From the human T2T-CHM13v2.0 reference genome, Homo sapiens, in the NCBI RefSeq assembly GCF_009914755.1, contig NC_060935.1: 64,000 bases of DNA. One strand, written 5' to 3'. Numbering within the stretch: the first letter of the stretch is position 1; each line of letters begins with the position of its first letter. The notes below the pieces were generated by a model, which saw nothing but the letters and a program-made list of their open reading frames with translations, ran no database searches and had not been told where the DNA came from. The translations under genes were made by a program, and so were the position numbers. This document shows, piece by piece, positions 40,001 through 54,645 of this stretch.

Positions 40001-42760
40001 ATCTCAGTAGTAATACAAAACTTTTCTGTTTATAAAGATTTGGGGAAGGAGATGGTTGTTTGCCAGTTACATATCTTTTTTTTTTTTTAAACATTAGAGC
40101 TCTTTTTGGCACAAACAAAGATGTTAATGTTACATAAACAGCCATGCTCACAGTAACAATTTGGAGACAATGTTTTTTTGTAATCACTTGATTATTCCCT
40201 GAACTCAAAATTATTCTTCTTCAAGAATCTGAGTCCACCAAAAAAGAATAAATGAAAAAGTACCATAAAGTCCTCTTGAATACTTGCCAGAAACACTCAC
40301 AGGAGTGTAATAATGCCCAAAGTATTATATTCATAATTATTATTCTTCACCTCACTAGAACTTTTAATGTACAAAAATTTGTTTTGTTATTGTACATTAG
40401 TGAGCGATCATATTCTTTCCTTCAAAATAGCTTGTATTTTATAGGTAATTACAGAAATGATGGTAAAATATTAAAATGGAAATAATTTAACTTTCTGAAA
40501 TGACTTTTGGTCTAATTTTTAGAATATTTGAATCTGGATAAAGATTGACCCAAAATAACCATGCTACATTTTATCACATTCATATTAATTAATTCTCTGA
40601 TAATTCTCTTTTCTTCTATGGTAGTCTGTTTGTGTTGCGATATTGCCACTTACATGTAAAGAATGTGAAAAAAATGAAATAATAAAATTCAGAACTGTGA
40701 GGGTGAAGGGAAATGTTGAATGGCATGGTAGAAAGTATTACAGCATCTAAGGCTCCTGAATAGAGAGATCCTTTCCATAATACTAACTTAACACCCAGAA
40801 AATAATAAGACAACCACAATGACAAAAATATCTGCTTTAACCACTGCCAACATAGCTCAGAAACACAGAAAGATAAGAGGGAAAATAGAAAAGTCATACC
40901 CAGGAGTAACAAGATTTAGCATTTTTTCTAGAGAACATTTGTTATAGAAAAACCAATATTTTTATAAATATTGTCAATAATGAGGATTTTCTCAGAGTAA
41001 CTTTAAGAAGTAACCAACCCAATAAAGTTGATGTGGAATTGAACAGTGTGGATCAGAGGCAATGATCGTAAAATATCCTAATGCTTAAAGTGCTAGTCTG
41101 TACAGACAAAGATGAAAGCATTTTCTTAGTCACTTCTGACTAAAGGGCTCACAAATTCCCAGGAGAAAGCTGAGAGTTAGTTTGGTTTATCACTTGTGAT
41201 GTATATAAACTTATGACTATATTTAATATGTACATTAGTTACATATCACATAATGAACACATTATGTATATTTATAATTATACTTAAAATAAATTTTTAT
41301 TAAATTGTATGGCTTCAGTGCTATTTACGGATTAAATCACTTTTCAATACCAAAGTCATTGCATTCCAAAGTAATTTCTTCGCATGTTAACATTTTAAAA
41401 TAGGGAACTATCTTATGATTACTGTTAAATGTAACTGTCCAGCTGTCAGGAAGAGGAGCAAGTTGGGACAGAGTTTTCATAGATTTTGTAAGCATAAATT
41501 TAGTCATGAGTAGGAGATAACTGTTCATCTGATTTCAACTTCAAATATTATCTTTGGTAGCATAATATATGGATGAATTATAATGTATTTGGATAGCTGT
41601 CACTTGTAAAACATTTATAAAGGTTGTACTATGATGCAGTATCAAAATTTTAAAAGTGTTTGTGAAGATAAATGAGTATGGAAAAAGAAATGAAAATGTA
41701 AATATACTAAAAAAATGAAGAAATAATATCACATCCATATTCTCTGGTAAAAAAAAATATTCAAGTGCTTTATGGGACCAAAGCTGGGAAGATGTATTAA
41801 AGTAAAAATTGTATTTTGATTTGTCACTGATGCTCAAGGAAATAAATTTCCTGCCTCTCTCAGAAAATGCAATTAAAAGCAGTAGAAATTATGAAATGTC
41901 TCAGAATAGGCCAAATAATTAGTAAACCTATGAAAGATTAATGCAAATGATTCCCGCATTATGATGATGATAAATAGCTACCTATCAAAAGTTGGAGGCT
42001 TTCAAGAGAATTACTTAACATCTAGTGATACCTAACCCACATAAGCAGAAAATGATACAATTAATGAAAATTCAGATGAATTCCTAGCATTCTTTGATAT
42101 TTCTCAGAATTATCTGGAGTCCTAAAAGTGCACTGTTGATCAAATCATAATAACACACACTGGTTCTGAAAAAGGTCATGTTACTTTGAAGCTATGTATG
42201 AATACTGAATTACCGAAGTGATTTAAAAGACTTCTGTGATTCAATGTAAAAAAGGCTTGGATTTGGACTTTGAGATAATAAAAGACATTATACTTTTCTG
42301 GATAAATGCATGCTATTATCATTTTATTAAAAAGAATACTGTGTGCTTTTAATGCAGACCTTTTATTCTCCCCCAAAGCTATTACTAAGTCAATGCTAGG
42401 TCATACAACGGATGGTGTTTTAGAATGAAACAAGCTTTTTGTTTTCTTGTTAAAGCTCATGCTAACAAATCTCTTCAAATATCTTTGTGTAGACTACTGT
42501 GTCTCCTCCATGGACTCTTCCCTAACGTGACTCCAGTGGAGTAGCATTAGTTAGGAAAGGACAGATTATACTAGCCTAAATCTTAGTGGTTTTAAAGTTT
42601 ATTTTTTGTTCATGCTACATGTCCACTTTGGGTTGGTGGGGCTCCACTTCATGTTTTCTCACTCCGAAATCTGGGAAAATGAACTTTTAGTACCGTAATA
42701 TTTAGAGCTATGCAGGGGAAACCAGGAGATGAAGAATGGCCTAAGAAAACCACATGGCCA

Positions 42761-43486
42761 TGTTATGGACAAGAGGCAGGGAAATACTGGGTAGAAGAGC
42801 ACGTTTCCCCTGCAAAGGCCTCACCCTCAAGCCTGGGCCTGCGGCCCTAAATGAGAACTTCACAACCCTGTTTTCATACCCAAATGTTGCTCTTTCTGAA
42901 ACCACCCTGGCCCACTATGTCCCCCACCCTGTACCCATAAAAACCCCAAACTCCGCTGGCAGAGGAGCAGAGCAGTATGGCAGAGAAGGAGAAAAAACAA
43001 GTGTCTGAATGTTGAAGTGTCTGAATGTGGAGAGGAGCTTGGCCTGGGACAGCAGAACTCCAGGGGAAGATTATCTTCCCAATCCATCTCTTTTCCTGCT
43101 CCCCATCCTGCTGACAGCCAGCTCCATCACTCAATAAAACCTCCACATTCACCATCCTTCAAGTCTGTGTGACCTGATTCCTCCTGCATACCAGACAAGA
43201 ACCCAGGTACCAAGAGGGCAGGGTATAAAAGGCTGTCATCCTGACTCTCCACTGAGCTGGTTAACACTTAGCCATCCGTGGATGGCAACTACTAAAAGAG
43301 CATTAATTGTAACACACCCCTAGATGCTACTGTGTGGCTGGAGCCCAAAAGCACTCAACCCAGCCTGGCACCCGCTCGCCTGCATGCTCCCTGTCCTGCA
43401 AGGGGTTTGAGTGCAGCAGCCAGTCAGTGAGCCATACAGGACTGTTGCAAGTCCTGTGAAGGGGTCCAGGGAACTCTTCTGTCTTA
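42761..43486 (+). mobile_element. ERV1 solo LTR, MER50 family (MER50B-like), nested in an old MLT1 relic
   Basis: Homologous to the LTR at 36330; own 4-bp TSD gcca (42757-42760 and 43487-43490). Confidence 0.85.
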
Positions 43487-44103
43487 GCCAGACCTAACTT
43501 CCAATAGAGTGGATGCCTGGAAAAGTAAAGAAGAACTGCAAACTGATGAACAGTTTAGTAGTGACTACTTCAATGGCATACTTACTTCCCATATATAAAA
43601 GCATCAGGCTTGACTTGTCTTTTTGTTTTTCAATAGGTAGCATGATCTAACCATACACTGAATAACATCTCATTGTTATTATTATAAATCATTGCAATTG
43701 TGGCAAAATAGATGGTCAGGATAGAAATGTATCTCCAAGCAGAAGATTCATAAAGATTTGATGACTACAGAGGAAGAAAAATGGTGCTGAGCTGCCAAAA
43801 AATACATTTGAGTAAGTGGTCTTGATCTTTGTCAGAATTCATTATCTTTCTAGAGATAGCAACTAGGTTTTATTCAGTAGATAAATTAGGATAGTGACAG
43901 TAACCTCCAGTATTCATCTTAAGAAGGATTCTGAGCCTGTGTCTATGTTAAATAGAAAACATGGAAATGACAAATTAACAATGTCTCGCATGGGCCCAGA
44001 AACATAGAGACAGAAACATTTTTGCCATCCCTTTATATAGCTACTGAATAATATTCTATGTCTGTTTCTCTACATTTTTGCTTCCTTCATGCCTATTCCA
44101 CAA

Positions 44104-44415
44104 GACCTGTACTGGTCTGCTTATGCCTGCAATCCCAGCATATTTGGGAGGCCAAGGCAGGAGGATAGCTTAGGCTAGGAGTTCGAGACTAGCCTGGGCA
44201 ACACAGAGAGACCCCATGTCTACTAAAAATAAAAAGATTAGCTGGGTGTGGTGGCATGCACCTGCAGTACCAGTGACTTGGGGAGCTGAGGCTGGAGGAC
44301 TGCTTAAGCTCAGGAGTTTGAGGCTATAGTGAGCTATGACTACACCACTGCACTCTAGCTTGAATGACAGAGTGAGATCCTCTCTCCAAACAGACAAACA
44401 AACAAACAAACAAAA
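44104..44415 (+). mobile_element. AluJ SINE with (CAAA)n tail
   Basis: aatcccagca..tttgggaggccaaggcaggaggatagctt...caggagtttgaggct; diverged. Confidence 0.88.
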
Positions 44416-45994
44416 GATAAACATGCTTTCTTGTGGGACCTCCTACGGTAATCTAGAATCTTTTTTTCAGATGAGTTAGAAGTAGGCTTTAATAAAGAAT
44501 AATACATACTAGCATTTAATACATCCTGAGAAAGATGGGATTGTGTGTGCCTACATTGCTAAAAGCAACCAATTTGTGAAGCCAAATAGGCATCTTCGAG
44601 GTCTACTGTGGTTTATGCTACAAAATTGGTGAGCTTTATGGAAAAAATGACTAACAATATACTGGCATCTGTCTGGCTTCCCTGGGAGCCCATATATTAA
44701 TAATAATCAAATAGTCTCTCACATGATCAGCAGAAAAGAAATTTGAAGTTATATTCTGGGACAAGACCCAAAGTAATTCCTCACTCTATCAGCATTTATT
44801 GAGATTTTACAGAGTGCCTGTTGGGAATTAGGAGCTGCATTTAGATGGTGAATAAATTCATGCTTTCATCCTAAGTATGATCCCACTAGGCAGAATGGTC
44901 AAGTTCTCAATTCCTCTGTTGCTGTTATTTTTGCAAAGGAAAAGATAGAACTTACTATTCCCGTCATTTGAAGGCTTCAAAGATATTGCTGGTGAATCGC
45001 TTCCTCCAAACTCTTAATGTGCTACTTAAAAAAATTAATTCATAAACCAAGAATACTTGCTTTTAAATCTTACTAGATTTTATTCTGAAGCACACTCAAT
45101 AAAAATCTAAGTTTCAAATTTAGCTAGAGTTAGTAATCTTCTGTGAGATTGCTACAAATGACATGCTATGAGAAGCCAGCAATTGAAACAAGATTCTCTT
45201 TTCTTCTTAGATTGACAGGGTACTGCTTGAAAAAGAAATGCAGATTTTGTTTATTCTCAAGGGGTCTCAGGTGTGAACGAAGCTACATTTTAAATTAATC
45301 TGAGAAAAAAGACCAATTTTAGAGGCAAGAAGAACTACAGGTCATCTTTCTTGGTATTTCAGAAGAAAAAAGAAAAATAAACACAGCATTACCTTTGCAT
45401 CTGGAATACAAAAAATGATTTTAAAGCAAATGTGCACATAGGAAAATCATCTATTTAACTTTATCCTTAAAGAAAACAGTACATTCAAAAGCATGATTTT
45501 CTAGCCTACATATGTCTTTACATTAGATCTAGTAACTATGTACTGAATGAAATGGGTTTTAATAAGTTGAAAACTGAATAAATTAAAAAGCACTAGAGTA
45601 TTAGTATGCACTGAACTCCAGAATGGCATATTTCACAAAGTTACAATATCATGTGAGAGTTTTGCATGGTTGTCCAATTTAGCCATTCACCCATTTTCCA
45701 TTTCTATTTTCATTTTTGGTTAAAAACAGAGACACAGACAGTCCCTTCATGCATATAAAGAGCTCACGTGGAAACAACATTGAATGACAGCTGGTTTTTA
45801 CTATCAATTTCATGTTTGTGCTACAGAGTCCAAAACCCCAACAGAAACACATTCTCACAATTAATAAATTTTAAATAGTAGTAAGCTCTCAAAATCTACT
45901 TGTTGAATGAATCCCTCTGAAATTTTACACATATGCAGAGGTCTTTTTATTTGCACAGTATCACATGCTTAATGAATCTGCTGGTCTTATAAAA

Positions 45995-46525
45995 GCTAAT
46001 TTTGGCTGCAAATTTTACAGATGACCAAACTAAAATTGACTGAGACAATAAGGAAAAGGTGTCATCTCTCACAGGAAGTCAGGAGGTAGATACTTTCAGG
46101 TTTGATTAATTCATGGCTTTGCATGGTAGTCATGGGTTTTTCCACCTTTCTGTTCTGCCATCCTGAATGTGTTGGCTGCTCTCCTTAAAATGTGACAGCA
46201 GTTTCAGCTATCTCTCCCTCGCAGGGTTGGATTCAAGGCCAAAGAAAAGGCCTTTCTTGACATATTTCTAAATATCTTTTTAAGAAAGCGGAGCCTTTCT
46301 CAAATCCCCAAGCAAGCTTTCCCTCTGTCTCACTGGGCAGAATCTGGGCATATTCTCAGGCCTATGCCAGTCATGGCAAGGGGAACAGACTTACCAAGAC
46401 TGGCTTGGACCCACACAAAGTTCTCCCCGAGCTGAGGCCCATGTCCACCCATCAGGGTAAAAGTAAGAAATAAGGGGCAAGAGAGAAGTTGGAGTGGCAA
46501 ACAATGAGCAGTAATTAGCAACTAC
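45995..46525 (-). mobile_element. Old MaLR LTR (MLT1J/K/L-like)
   Basis: tttggctgcaa...ctttctgttctgccatcct...tctcactgggcagaa phrases typical of reverse-strand MLT1. Confidence 0.55.
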
Positions 46526-46835
46526 TGGGTATGTCTGTGTTTATATCAAGCTTTAAAAGGCCCTTGAAATATGCATTCAACCGATATTTCCTGAGTGTAC
46601 GAATGCTACTTTAACACGGAAAGGGCACCATGGCCACTGTTCGAATGAAAACATTAATACTACACGGTTGTTGCTCTGAACAAGGTGGTTATAATCTGTT
46701 TGGTGTAAAGGTGGGATTGGCACAAAAATCTTTTTTTCCACAATTTGCCATGTAGCACTATTTAAGAAATGTTGGTCACCTTGAAGCAGGTTTTGGGAAG
46801 AAATCTCTGACTTTTTCAGCCATGAAATATTTCTC

Positions 46836-47195
46836 TGCTATAGTCTGAATGTTTGTGTCCCCTCCAAATTCACATGTTGAAATTCTAACCCTCGAGGTGA
46901 TGGTATTAGGAGGTGAGGCCTTTTGGGAGTGATTAGATCACAAGGCAGAGCCCTCATGAATGAGATTACGGATTTATAAAACAGGCTCCAGAGAGATTCC
47001 TAAACTGTCTACCATGTGAGGACATAGAGAGAAGGTGCCATCTATACATCAGGTAACAGGCTTTACCAGACACCCAATGTGCTGGTGTCCTGATTTTGAA
47101 CTTCCCAGCCTGTAGAAATGTGAGAAATAAATTTCTGTTGCTTAAGCCACCTGGTGTGCGGTATTTTATTATGGCAGCTTGAGCGGACTAAGGTA
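46836..47195 (+). mobile_element. MLT1A0-like solo LTR
   Basis: tgctatagtctgaatgtttgtgtccc...gagccctcatgaatg...gagaaataaatttctgttg...gactaag. Confidence 0.87.
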
Positions 47196-50100
47196 CCCTC
47201 TTTACTTAGATCTATTAACATTCCTTGGGTGTTTTTCCGTTTTTTTTGTTTTTTTTTAAATTATCCAGTATATGCAAACAAACACCAGGACATCAGATAG
47301 GAAGATTAAACCTCTATCCATTGCAGAATGAGTCACAGCCCATGTTTTAGTCTCTATCTACTTTCTCCAGTTCAAATTTCCAGTCTAACACTCAACATAT
47401 TCTTCATCACTGTTCTGCCCGATCCAACATCCATCTCCATTACAGAAAATATGGTATTTCCAATTAGTAATCCTCATAAATTCCAATGCCTAAACACGAA
47501 ACCGTTCAACAAATAATAACAGAGATGTAGGAGTCTTGATCTTTTCCTCTACCTGTGGGATTATTTGTGGGTGTGTGACATATGCCTTAAAAGACTCAGT
47601 CAAGGGACATTGCTTATGTCTTTATCTTACTACATATGCTAGGGTGCTAACTTTTGTGAGGGAGACCTAAAGCCTTGTATATGTATACACATTAGAGACT
47701 TGGAGAAAGTAAGTACGCGATGTTTAATTTTTAAGAGCACCATCGATAAGATCCTTGGCATCTGCTAGAGTGGCTGTTTTGTAAAGTACCATAACTGCCA
47801 TTTATATCTCCAGAAAGATTTGAAAATCTACTACAGTGACTACTGTGGTTCTCACAAGACAGAGATTTTCAGATTAAAAAAATACAGTACCTTATGCTAT
47901 GATAAATGGGAATGGAGGAAGGGAAAGAACATTCTTTGGGTCAAGCATTGTAACAGAAAATTTAACATGTGCCATTTTATTGATTCCACCTGTAAAACTC
48001 ACCCTTTACATTGTCCCCCAATTGCACCCCACCCCCCTCCACACACACCCCATTTCCCAGACTAAAAGCTTCTGGAAAATAAAGACTGGGACTCATTCAG
48101 TGTTGTATCTGAATCTAATGAGAAGTAATAGGAGGATTTCAATTAATATTTATTGAACAAATGAATGAAACTCAATATTCTTGAGGCAAGATGCTTCTGT
48201 GCACTTACATATCAGTAAACAGAACTGAAGAAGTTAACATTTTTGGACTTGGAGTTCAGAATTAAATATGTTTGATTTTCCATCTGTATATCTCACTTCG
48301 TTAGATTTATGTCTTCTGTCTCCCTGGCCCTATCATGTCTGCCATTGTCCATTCGTTAACTGAGTGGGTTCATCTGCAGTTTCGAAGTCAGAATTCACAA
48401 ACCCTGCAGTCGAACCCATGACATGTGATCTTGTTAGATTGCTTCTGTATAGGAAGATGTCTTTTGGGGAATCTGCCCAACTCATATATCCCCTTCTCTG
48501 TTAGTTGCAATCCAGGTGGTCCCCAGATGGCCCTTTTCTTCAGGGAGGAGCCCTGGCCAGCAAGGTTTGCACCAGTCACTGTGCTCCTGGCACTCATACA
48601 TGTCCTTTTCTGCCTCCCTCTCATGCCCCAAGTGTGGTTTACCACTTCTTCATCTGTTAAGCATTTCTAACCCTGCCTCTCTTTCACAAACTGTTTTGAT
48701 TCTTTTTCTCATTTAACATATTGTGTAGTATTAATGCTGTTGCGGATTTGTGCCTCTTTCCTTACTGGACTTTTTAGTTCTTTAGGGAAAGAGCTATGGC
48801 TCTGCTCCTTGATCCTTGTCTTCAGCCACAATGGCCTGGCATGTCCTCCTCGGCTCCAAGCACTTCCCTGCCTTGGGACCTCCTTAGAATGCAGAGGGTG
48901 TCCTCTGCAAAGAATGCTCACCCTCTATCTCCTCACCAGGAAAACTCTTCTTTTATTGGGCATCATTTCTATCATTGCAGACAACTCTTTTCCTTAAAAA
49001 CACACACTCCACTTTGTATTATATGTGTGGATTTTATTGTTTCATATCTGGTTCTTCTAGCAAACAATGAGCTTTGAAAGGCTAAGGATTATATTTATCT
49101 TGTTCAATACTGTATGTCCAGCACCTAGCACAGAGTTGGCATAGAGTAAAGGCTCAATAAATGTTCGCTGAATAAATTCATCCTTGAATCTCAAATGTAT
49201 AAAATGCATTCTTTGGGTCAAGCATTGTGACAGAAAATTTAATATGTGCCATTTTATTGGCACAAATGAGGCCCATTAATGTCTGAGAAATAAATTATTC
49301 AAGGATAATAAAAGAAAAAAACTATTCCTCTAGTCAACTAAATTCTGCCACATTATTACTTTTACACATTTAACCAAAAACTATTAACATATTTATTTAG
49401 CATGTATTATTTTGTGCAAAGTACAATGGCAGACACGATACGGCCAGGGAGACAAAAGACATAAATCTAACAAAGTGAGATATATAGCTGGAAAATCAAA
49501 CATTTAATTCTGAGCGCCAACTCCAAAAATGTTAAGATTCTTTCTGAAATATTGTGTTGAAAAGTTCTCTGAGGCTGTAGATATGATCTGGGGGAAAGAT
49601 TATCATGTATAATTATTAGTTTCTGTCCTGAGCATGGAAGGGAGATAAATGGCTGCACAAACGTTATATTTTCTGTGTCTATTATAGAAGGGCTGACATA
49701 AATGAACTTTTAAAAATAAAAATGTGTTTGGAGTGTTCCCTACTACTTTCTAGTTGTGTGTCTTCGGGAAAAAAATCACCTAATCTACATGTCACTTCCT
49801 TCATCTACAAAATAGTGATAACATTAACATCTCCATGGGGCTGCGATAAGCACCAAAAATAAAAAAATATGGAAATGTTTTACTAAATGTAAAACAGTCT
49901 ACAAATGTCATTAAGCTAAACAGATGCACAGAAAAAATAACACCAATGAGTAAATAAACACCAAACAAATTTCTAGGCAGCAAACATTTTAGGAGTTCAA
50001 AAGATGGAGAGGCAGTTTCCTAGGCCGATTTATTGCTTCAGAGAGTAGAAGCAACATATGTAATAAAATGTAGAGATGGAGACATATACTTAATGCTGTA

Positions 50101-51199
50101 TTTTAAATTTGGACTTCCTTGACACTATTTCTAGAAATGTTAGGCCCTGCAGCTATTTCATTAATTTTTTTTTCTAATAAGTTTGAGATGACTGTGACTG
50201 TGGACGTAATACTGAAAATATAAACTCCACAAAGTATGACCTGATTCTATCCATTTAATCTTTCCCAAAGCTATTACAAATGATTTATTGATAGGTTCTA
50301 AATGTAAGTAAAAAATGGAAGATATGTTTCAATCCCATAAGAATGAGATAATATGTATGACAAACCATATAAATATCAATAATAGCAATATATTTTTATT
50401 ACATCACATATGCATTTTAAATAGGTAACTTGTACACATTAAGGGACATAATAAATGTTTTTAGAATATGATAGAAGAGGCAGTGGAAAACATACTTTTC
50501 TATTTAAGGCAATGACTATATTTTGGGAGTACTGGGCTTAGAAAACAGACATTTTATACTTCATTTTTCTTATGCATTTACATAATTGCCAAATTTCATA
50601 TCTATCCTAATATTACATTATTCCCTGCATAGACCTATGCTACTGGTCAAGAATTCTGTTTGAATAGTTTCAAACAGAAAGGAACTATAATGCTAATATA
50701 AAAGTATCAAATTCATTATGTTTTAACTTCAGTTCTGAAAATGTGTATAATCTATAGTTAGTGAAAGAAACAAAATCTTGGATTAAGGAATACATTTTTC
50801 TAGACAAGCTCTTAGATAATGCTACTCAAAGTGCCTGTCTGCTGTATGAAGAATACCTTGGGCCAAGTTGAAAATCAAAACATACTGCTTCCTTCATTGA
50901 CAATTTCTTGCTCCATAAAAACAATTTCAGCAAACTGAGTAATGTACCTGGGGTCATAATTAATCTACATTTGGTATAAGTGCTTTATCTTTTTGTGGAT
51001 CAAAAGCAAAGGGTTCATGCAATGGTAGCTAGTCCATGGATCCCATCTGAGCTGCAGTGGTCTACGGAAAACTAGGAATGGATTGATTATCTTCAGAATG
51101 ACCTACTGAATAACTAGTCTTATTAGTCAGAGAATTATTCTAGAGCTGCCTTACACAGCATTGTTTTGAGAGAGAAAAGAGGCCAATTTTAAGTGTATG

Positions 51200-51680
51200 A
51201 TATGATAGATTGCATTATTGTTCGAGTTCTTCATCTTTCTATAGTTTCCACATTCTTTGTCATGTGACTTTGTAGTACTCCCTCTAATGTCAACCACTTT
51301 ATTTTCCTGCCCCATTGATACTGAGGCTGGGAATGTGAATTGACTGAGACAACAGAATGCAGGCAGAAAGAAGTGTTGGGTACTAATTGTGATCCTAAGC
51401 CTTAGGAGTCATCCACTGTTTCTACTAGACCCGCTTATGCTTCTGCTGCTGCCATGAGAAGCACATGTATTGGGTAGCTTGTTATGCCAAAGATAAAAAA
51501 CAAATAGAGCAGATCGATATCCAACCTGACTCTGGGAGCCAGCACCATCCAATCCTAGTGTAGGCCTGTCAAACTCGACTTGATCTCAAACACAAGAGAG
51601 AATAAATGATTTCTGTTTTAAGCCACTGAGTTTTGGGATGGTGGTTATACAGCTTATTATGCTGATAGCTAACCAATTCA
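51200..51680 (+). mobile_element. MLT1H/G-like solo LTR
   Basis: catgtgactttgtagt...aataaatgatttctgttttaagccactgagttttggg...atagctaacc. Confidence 0.7.
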
Positions 51681-52584
51681 CATTAGAACAGCACCTTCCA
51701 AAGCTTGGGTGGAAGAGGGCTGCTGAGATGGATAGCATTGGTGGGGGAATACTAACACCTTGGGTACAGGCATAGAGGAAGGAGTATTAATGGCCAAGTT
51801 TATGAGTAGCACATTCAGGCAGGTGGTAAAAACCCATTAATTTCACAAGTACTAAGAATCCCATCAGGACTCTGATACAAGGAAACAACCATTCTTCCTT
51901 ATTTTCTACCCCAGTTAATGTAGCAAAGGACAAAAAGAGAACATAAGCACAAAGACCAGTACTTCGTTAATGAAAGAAGAATGTTTCAAACTGGAATAGA
52001 GTAGAAATTTTAATTATTCACGAAAGAGTAGGGATTTTAACCTAATAATAGAATGCCAGCAGGCTAAAATATATTGGGATCTACTCTTCAGTTTGCTTTC
52101 TTAAAATAGTTATGATAAAGTAAAAGTAGAGTTTGTATTTCACACTGTGGACTCAATTGATCTACAATCCTTCGTGTTCTTCCTTCAAGTTCTAACATAA
52201 TGCATTCCACTGGGATACTGTTCAAGATTAATAGTTGGACTCAACAGCCTTAAAGAGACAACTGCATTAATTTACGTAGACTCTGTGCATTGACTGGACA
52301 AATAGGACTTCTTATAGGATAATGCTTTTGTAATTATTGTTTGGAAGTATGACATTACAGTAACATATAAAACCTGCAGCACAAATAAAGAATAGATTTT
52401 ACCCCCCTCCAATTTCCTAAGGTCAATTTCCAAAATACCTGACTGCAACCTATAGGGGAAAGGAAAAAAACTGACCTTACAATTTACAAAAATAAAAGTG
52501 ATACAGTATTTTGTCTCAGTTTGTTTTTACTATGCTAAGCCAAAATTTAGTATATATATTTGAACCTTAACAAATATTTAGAAA

Positions 52585-52727
52585 ATATTATATATGTATA
52601 TCTCAATATATATACACACACTATAAACATATGTGTGTGTACATATATATGTGTATATTCATACAAAATTTAGTGTGTGTGTGTACATAGATATATATGT
52701 ATATACACACACATAGACACACACACT
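52585..52727. repeat. Mixed (TA)/(CA)/(TG) low-complexity microsatellite
   Basis: Directly visible alternating purine-pyrimidine runs. Confidence 0.85.
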
Positions 52728-54334
52728 CTAAGTTTATAGGCTATTTTTGCTGGTAAAGTTTCCTGAACACTATGTAGGTAGTAACTATAAAAAATATAAA
52801 ATTTGTTTTTTTTCCTGAAAGGTTTATTGTTTGCACTTCTAGATAGTGAAAAATGAAAACTATGGAAACAATGACTGCCCAAGGAACAAAACATATACAC
52901 AAACCTTTGATTTAGTAACCATAGCCAAACTCTGTGGTAGCTCACTTAATAAAGTGGTTACAGTCATTTTGGGGGGCTCCCCAGGGTGAAATGTTCCACT
53001 TTTTATAGCTTTGTATATAATTAAAAATCTGCTATAACTATGACCTTGAGTATCTCCTCAAAAAACATATAATTAAATAACCAGAATATCTAATAAATAA
53101 CAGCTGCAAGGTAAGCAACAGAAAACGCCGTCTGAACAGTATTTTACTTACATCTTTCTGAACTACAAACTTCTTTGCTCTAATGCATTTCTAATAGAAT
53201 GTCAGCCATCCTGGCTTTACAGGAGCTCTTGATATCACAAGCTTTAATGGCCCTTTTGCAATTAAGGTGAGGTATCTGCCATTTCACTCAATCCACCAAA
53301 GACAGGTTTATATAATCATTCCAGAAATGTTCCTTCCTACTGGGTAAGATTTAAGAAGTGCTGATTTTGAGTAGAAGAGAAAAAAAAAGATGTTTATTAT
53401 TTATATCCATGGTTCTGGCTTTAGTATATAAAAGCGCACTATCGATCCATTCTTAGTAAATTGTACAATTTTTCATACTGTCCAGTGTTACTATCATGTA
53501 AACACAATCTACTGTTAAGAAATGTCACATAACTTTTTCATGAAACACATTATGTAGCCATAGAATAAAGATTAAGTAAACATGATCTGGAGATTTGCTC
53601 AGCATTTTTCTTCCAATGATGAACTATTATAGCTACCAACTATCAGATGGAATTTTACAGGTTGGCAAGAAGTCTATCACAGCTTATGCATTTACTGAAG
53701 AACTTCTTCTAGGACCAATTTCCCTGTTATACCTAAAAGTCTAATTCAGAGCAAAATGACCACAACATGTACTTGTATCATTCATTAGCCATATTTTAAT
53801 ATGCAAACATTGCTAATATAAGAAAAAAAGGTGGACAAACTTGGAACATACTGACTTGCATTAATATGATGCCAAGCATTTCCCCAACAGCTTTTCTTTA
53901 GGCAGCCTCTTATAAACTTAAACATATGCCATACATGTAACATTAACGAAAGCTCTCAGGAAAAAATGTCACATGACTGAAGAGGTGCTTTCCTTTGGGA
54001 CTCTGGTAAATGAAAAGGTCTCATAAAATGTATAACTTGGCATTGAGTATCGAAAATAAGTTTTTATCTCGGGTTATAAATTAAGATAAAATAGGTAAAT
54101 CAAAAGGATTAATATCTCCAAGTATAGGCTTTAAGGATACATTTGAATATGAAGGTACCATGCAAAAAAAAAGAGATCAGCTTTATTCATCAGTAATCAT
54201 GCTGCTGTAGACATTCCACATGTAAAATAAATGGTCAGAGTACATGAATTTTCTTCAAGGAACCACAGTGAGTTGACTGAACTGCATATAAATAACTGAT
54301 ACTTAAGCTGGTGTATCTCTAATGTTTGCTAATA

Positions 54335-54645
54335 CAATCACATAACACATAATGTTTCCCTCAATGACAAATTGTATGTAAGACAGTAGTCCCATAAGAT
54401 CATAACATTGTATTTTTACTGTACTTAGGTTTAGATACACAATACAATTGTGTTTCAGTTACCTACAGTATTCAGTACAGTAACACGTTGTACAGGTTTG
54501 AAGCCTAGAAGCCAAGGGCTATACCATACAGCGTTGTAGGTTATGTAGGTTTGGCTAAGTCCACTCTATGATGTTCACACAATGATGAAATCACCTAAAG
54601 ATGCATTTCTCAAAAGTATCCCTGTCATTAAGTGGTGCATGACTG
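54335..54645. mobile_element. Tigger3a-like MITE
   Basis: TA|caatca...gtcccataagatcataa...cattaagtggtgcatgactg|TA. Confidence 0.8.
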
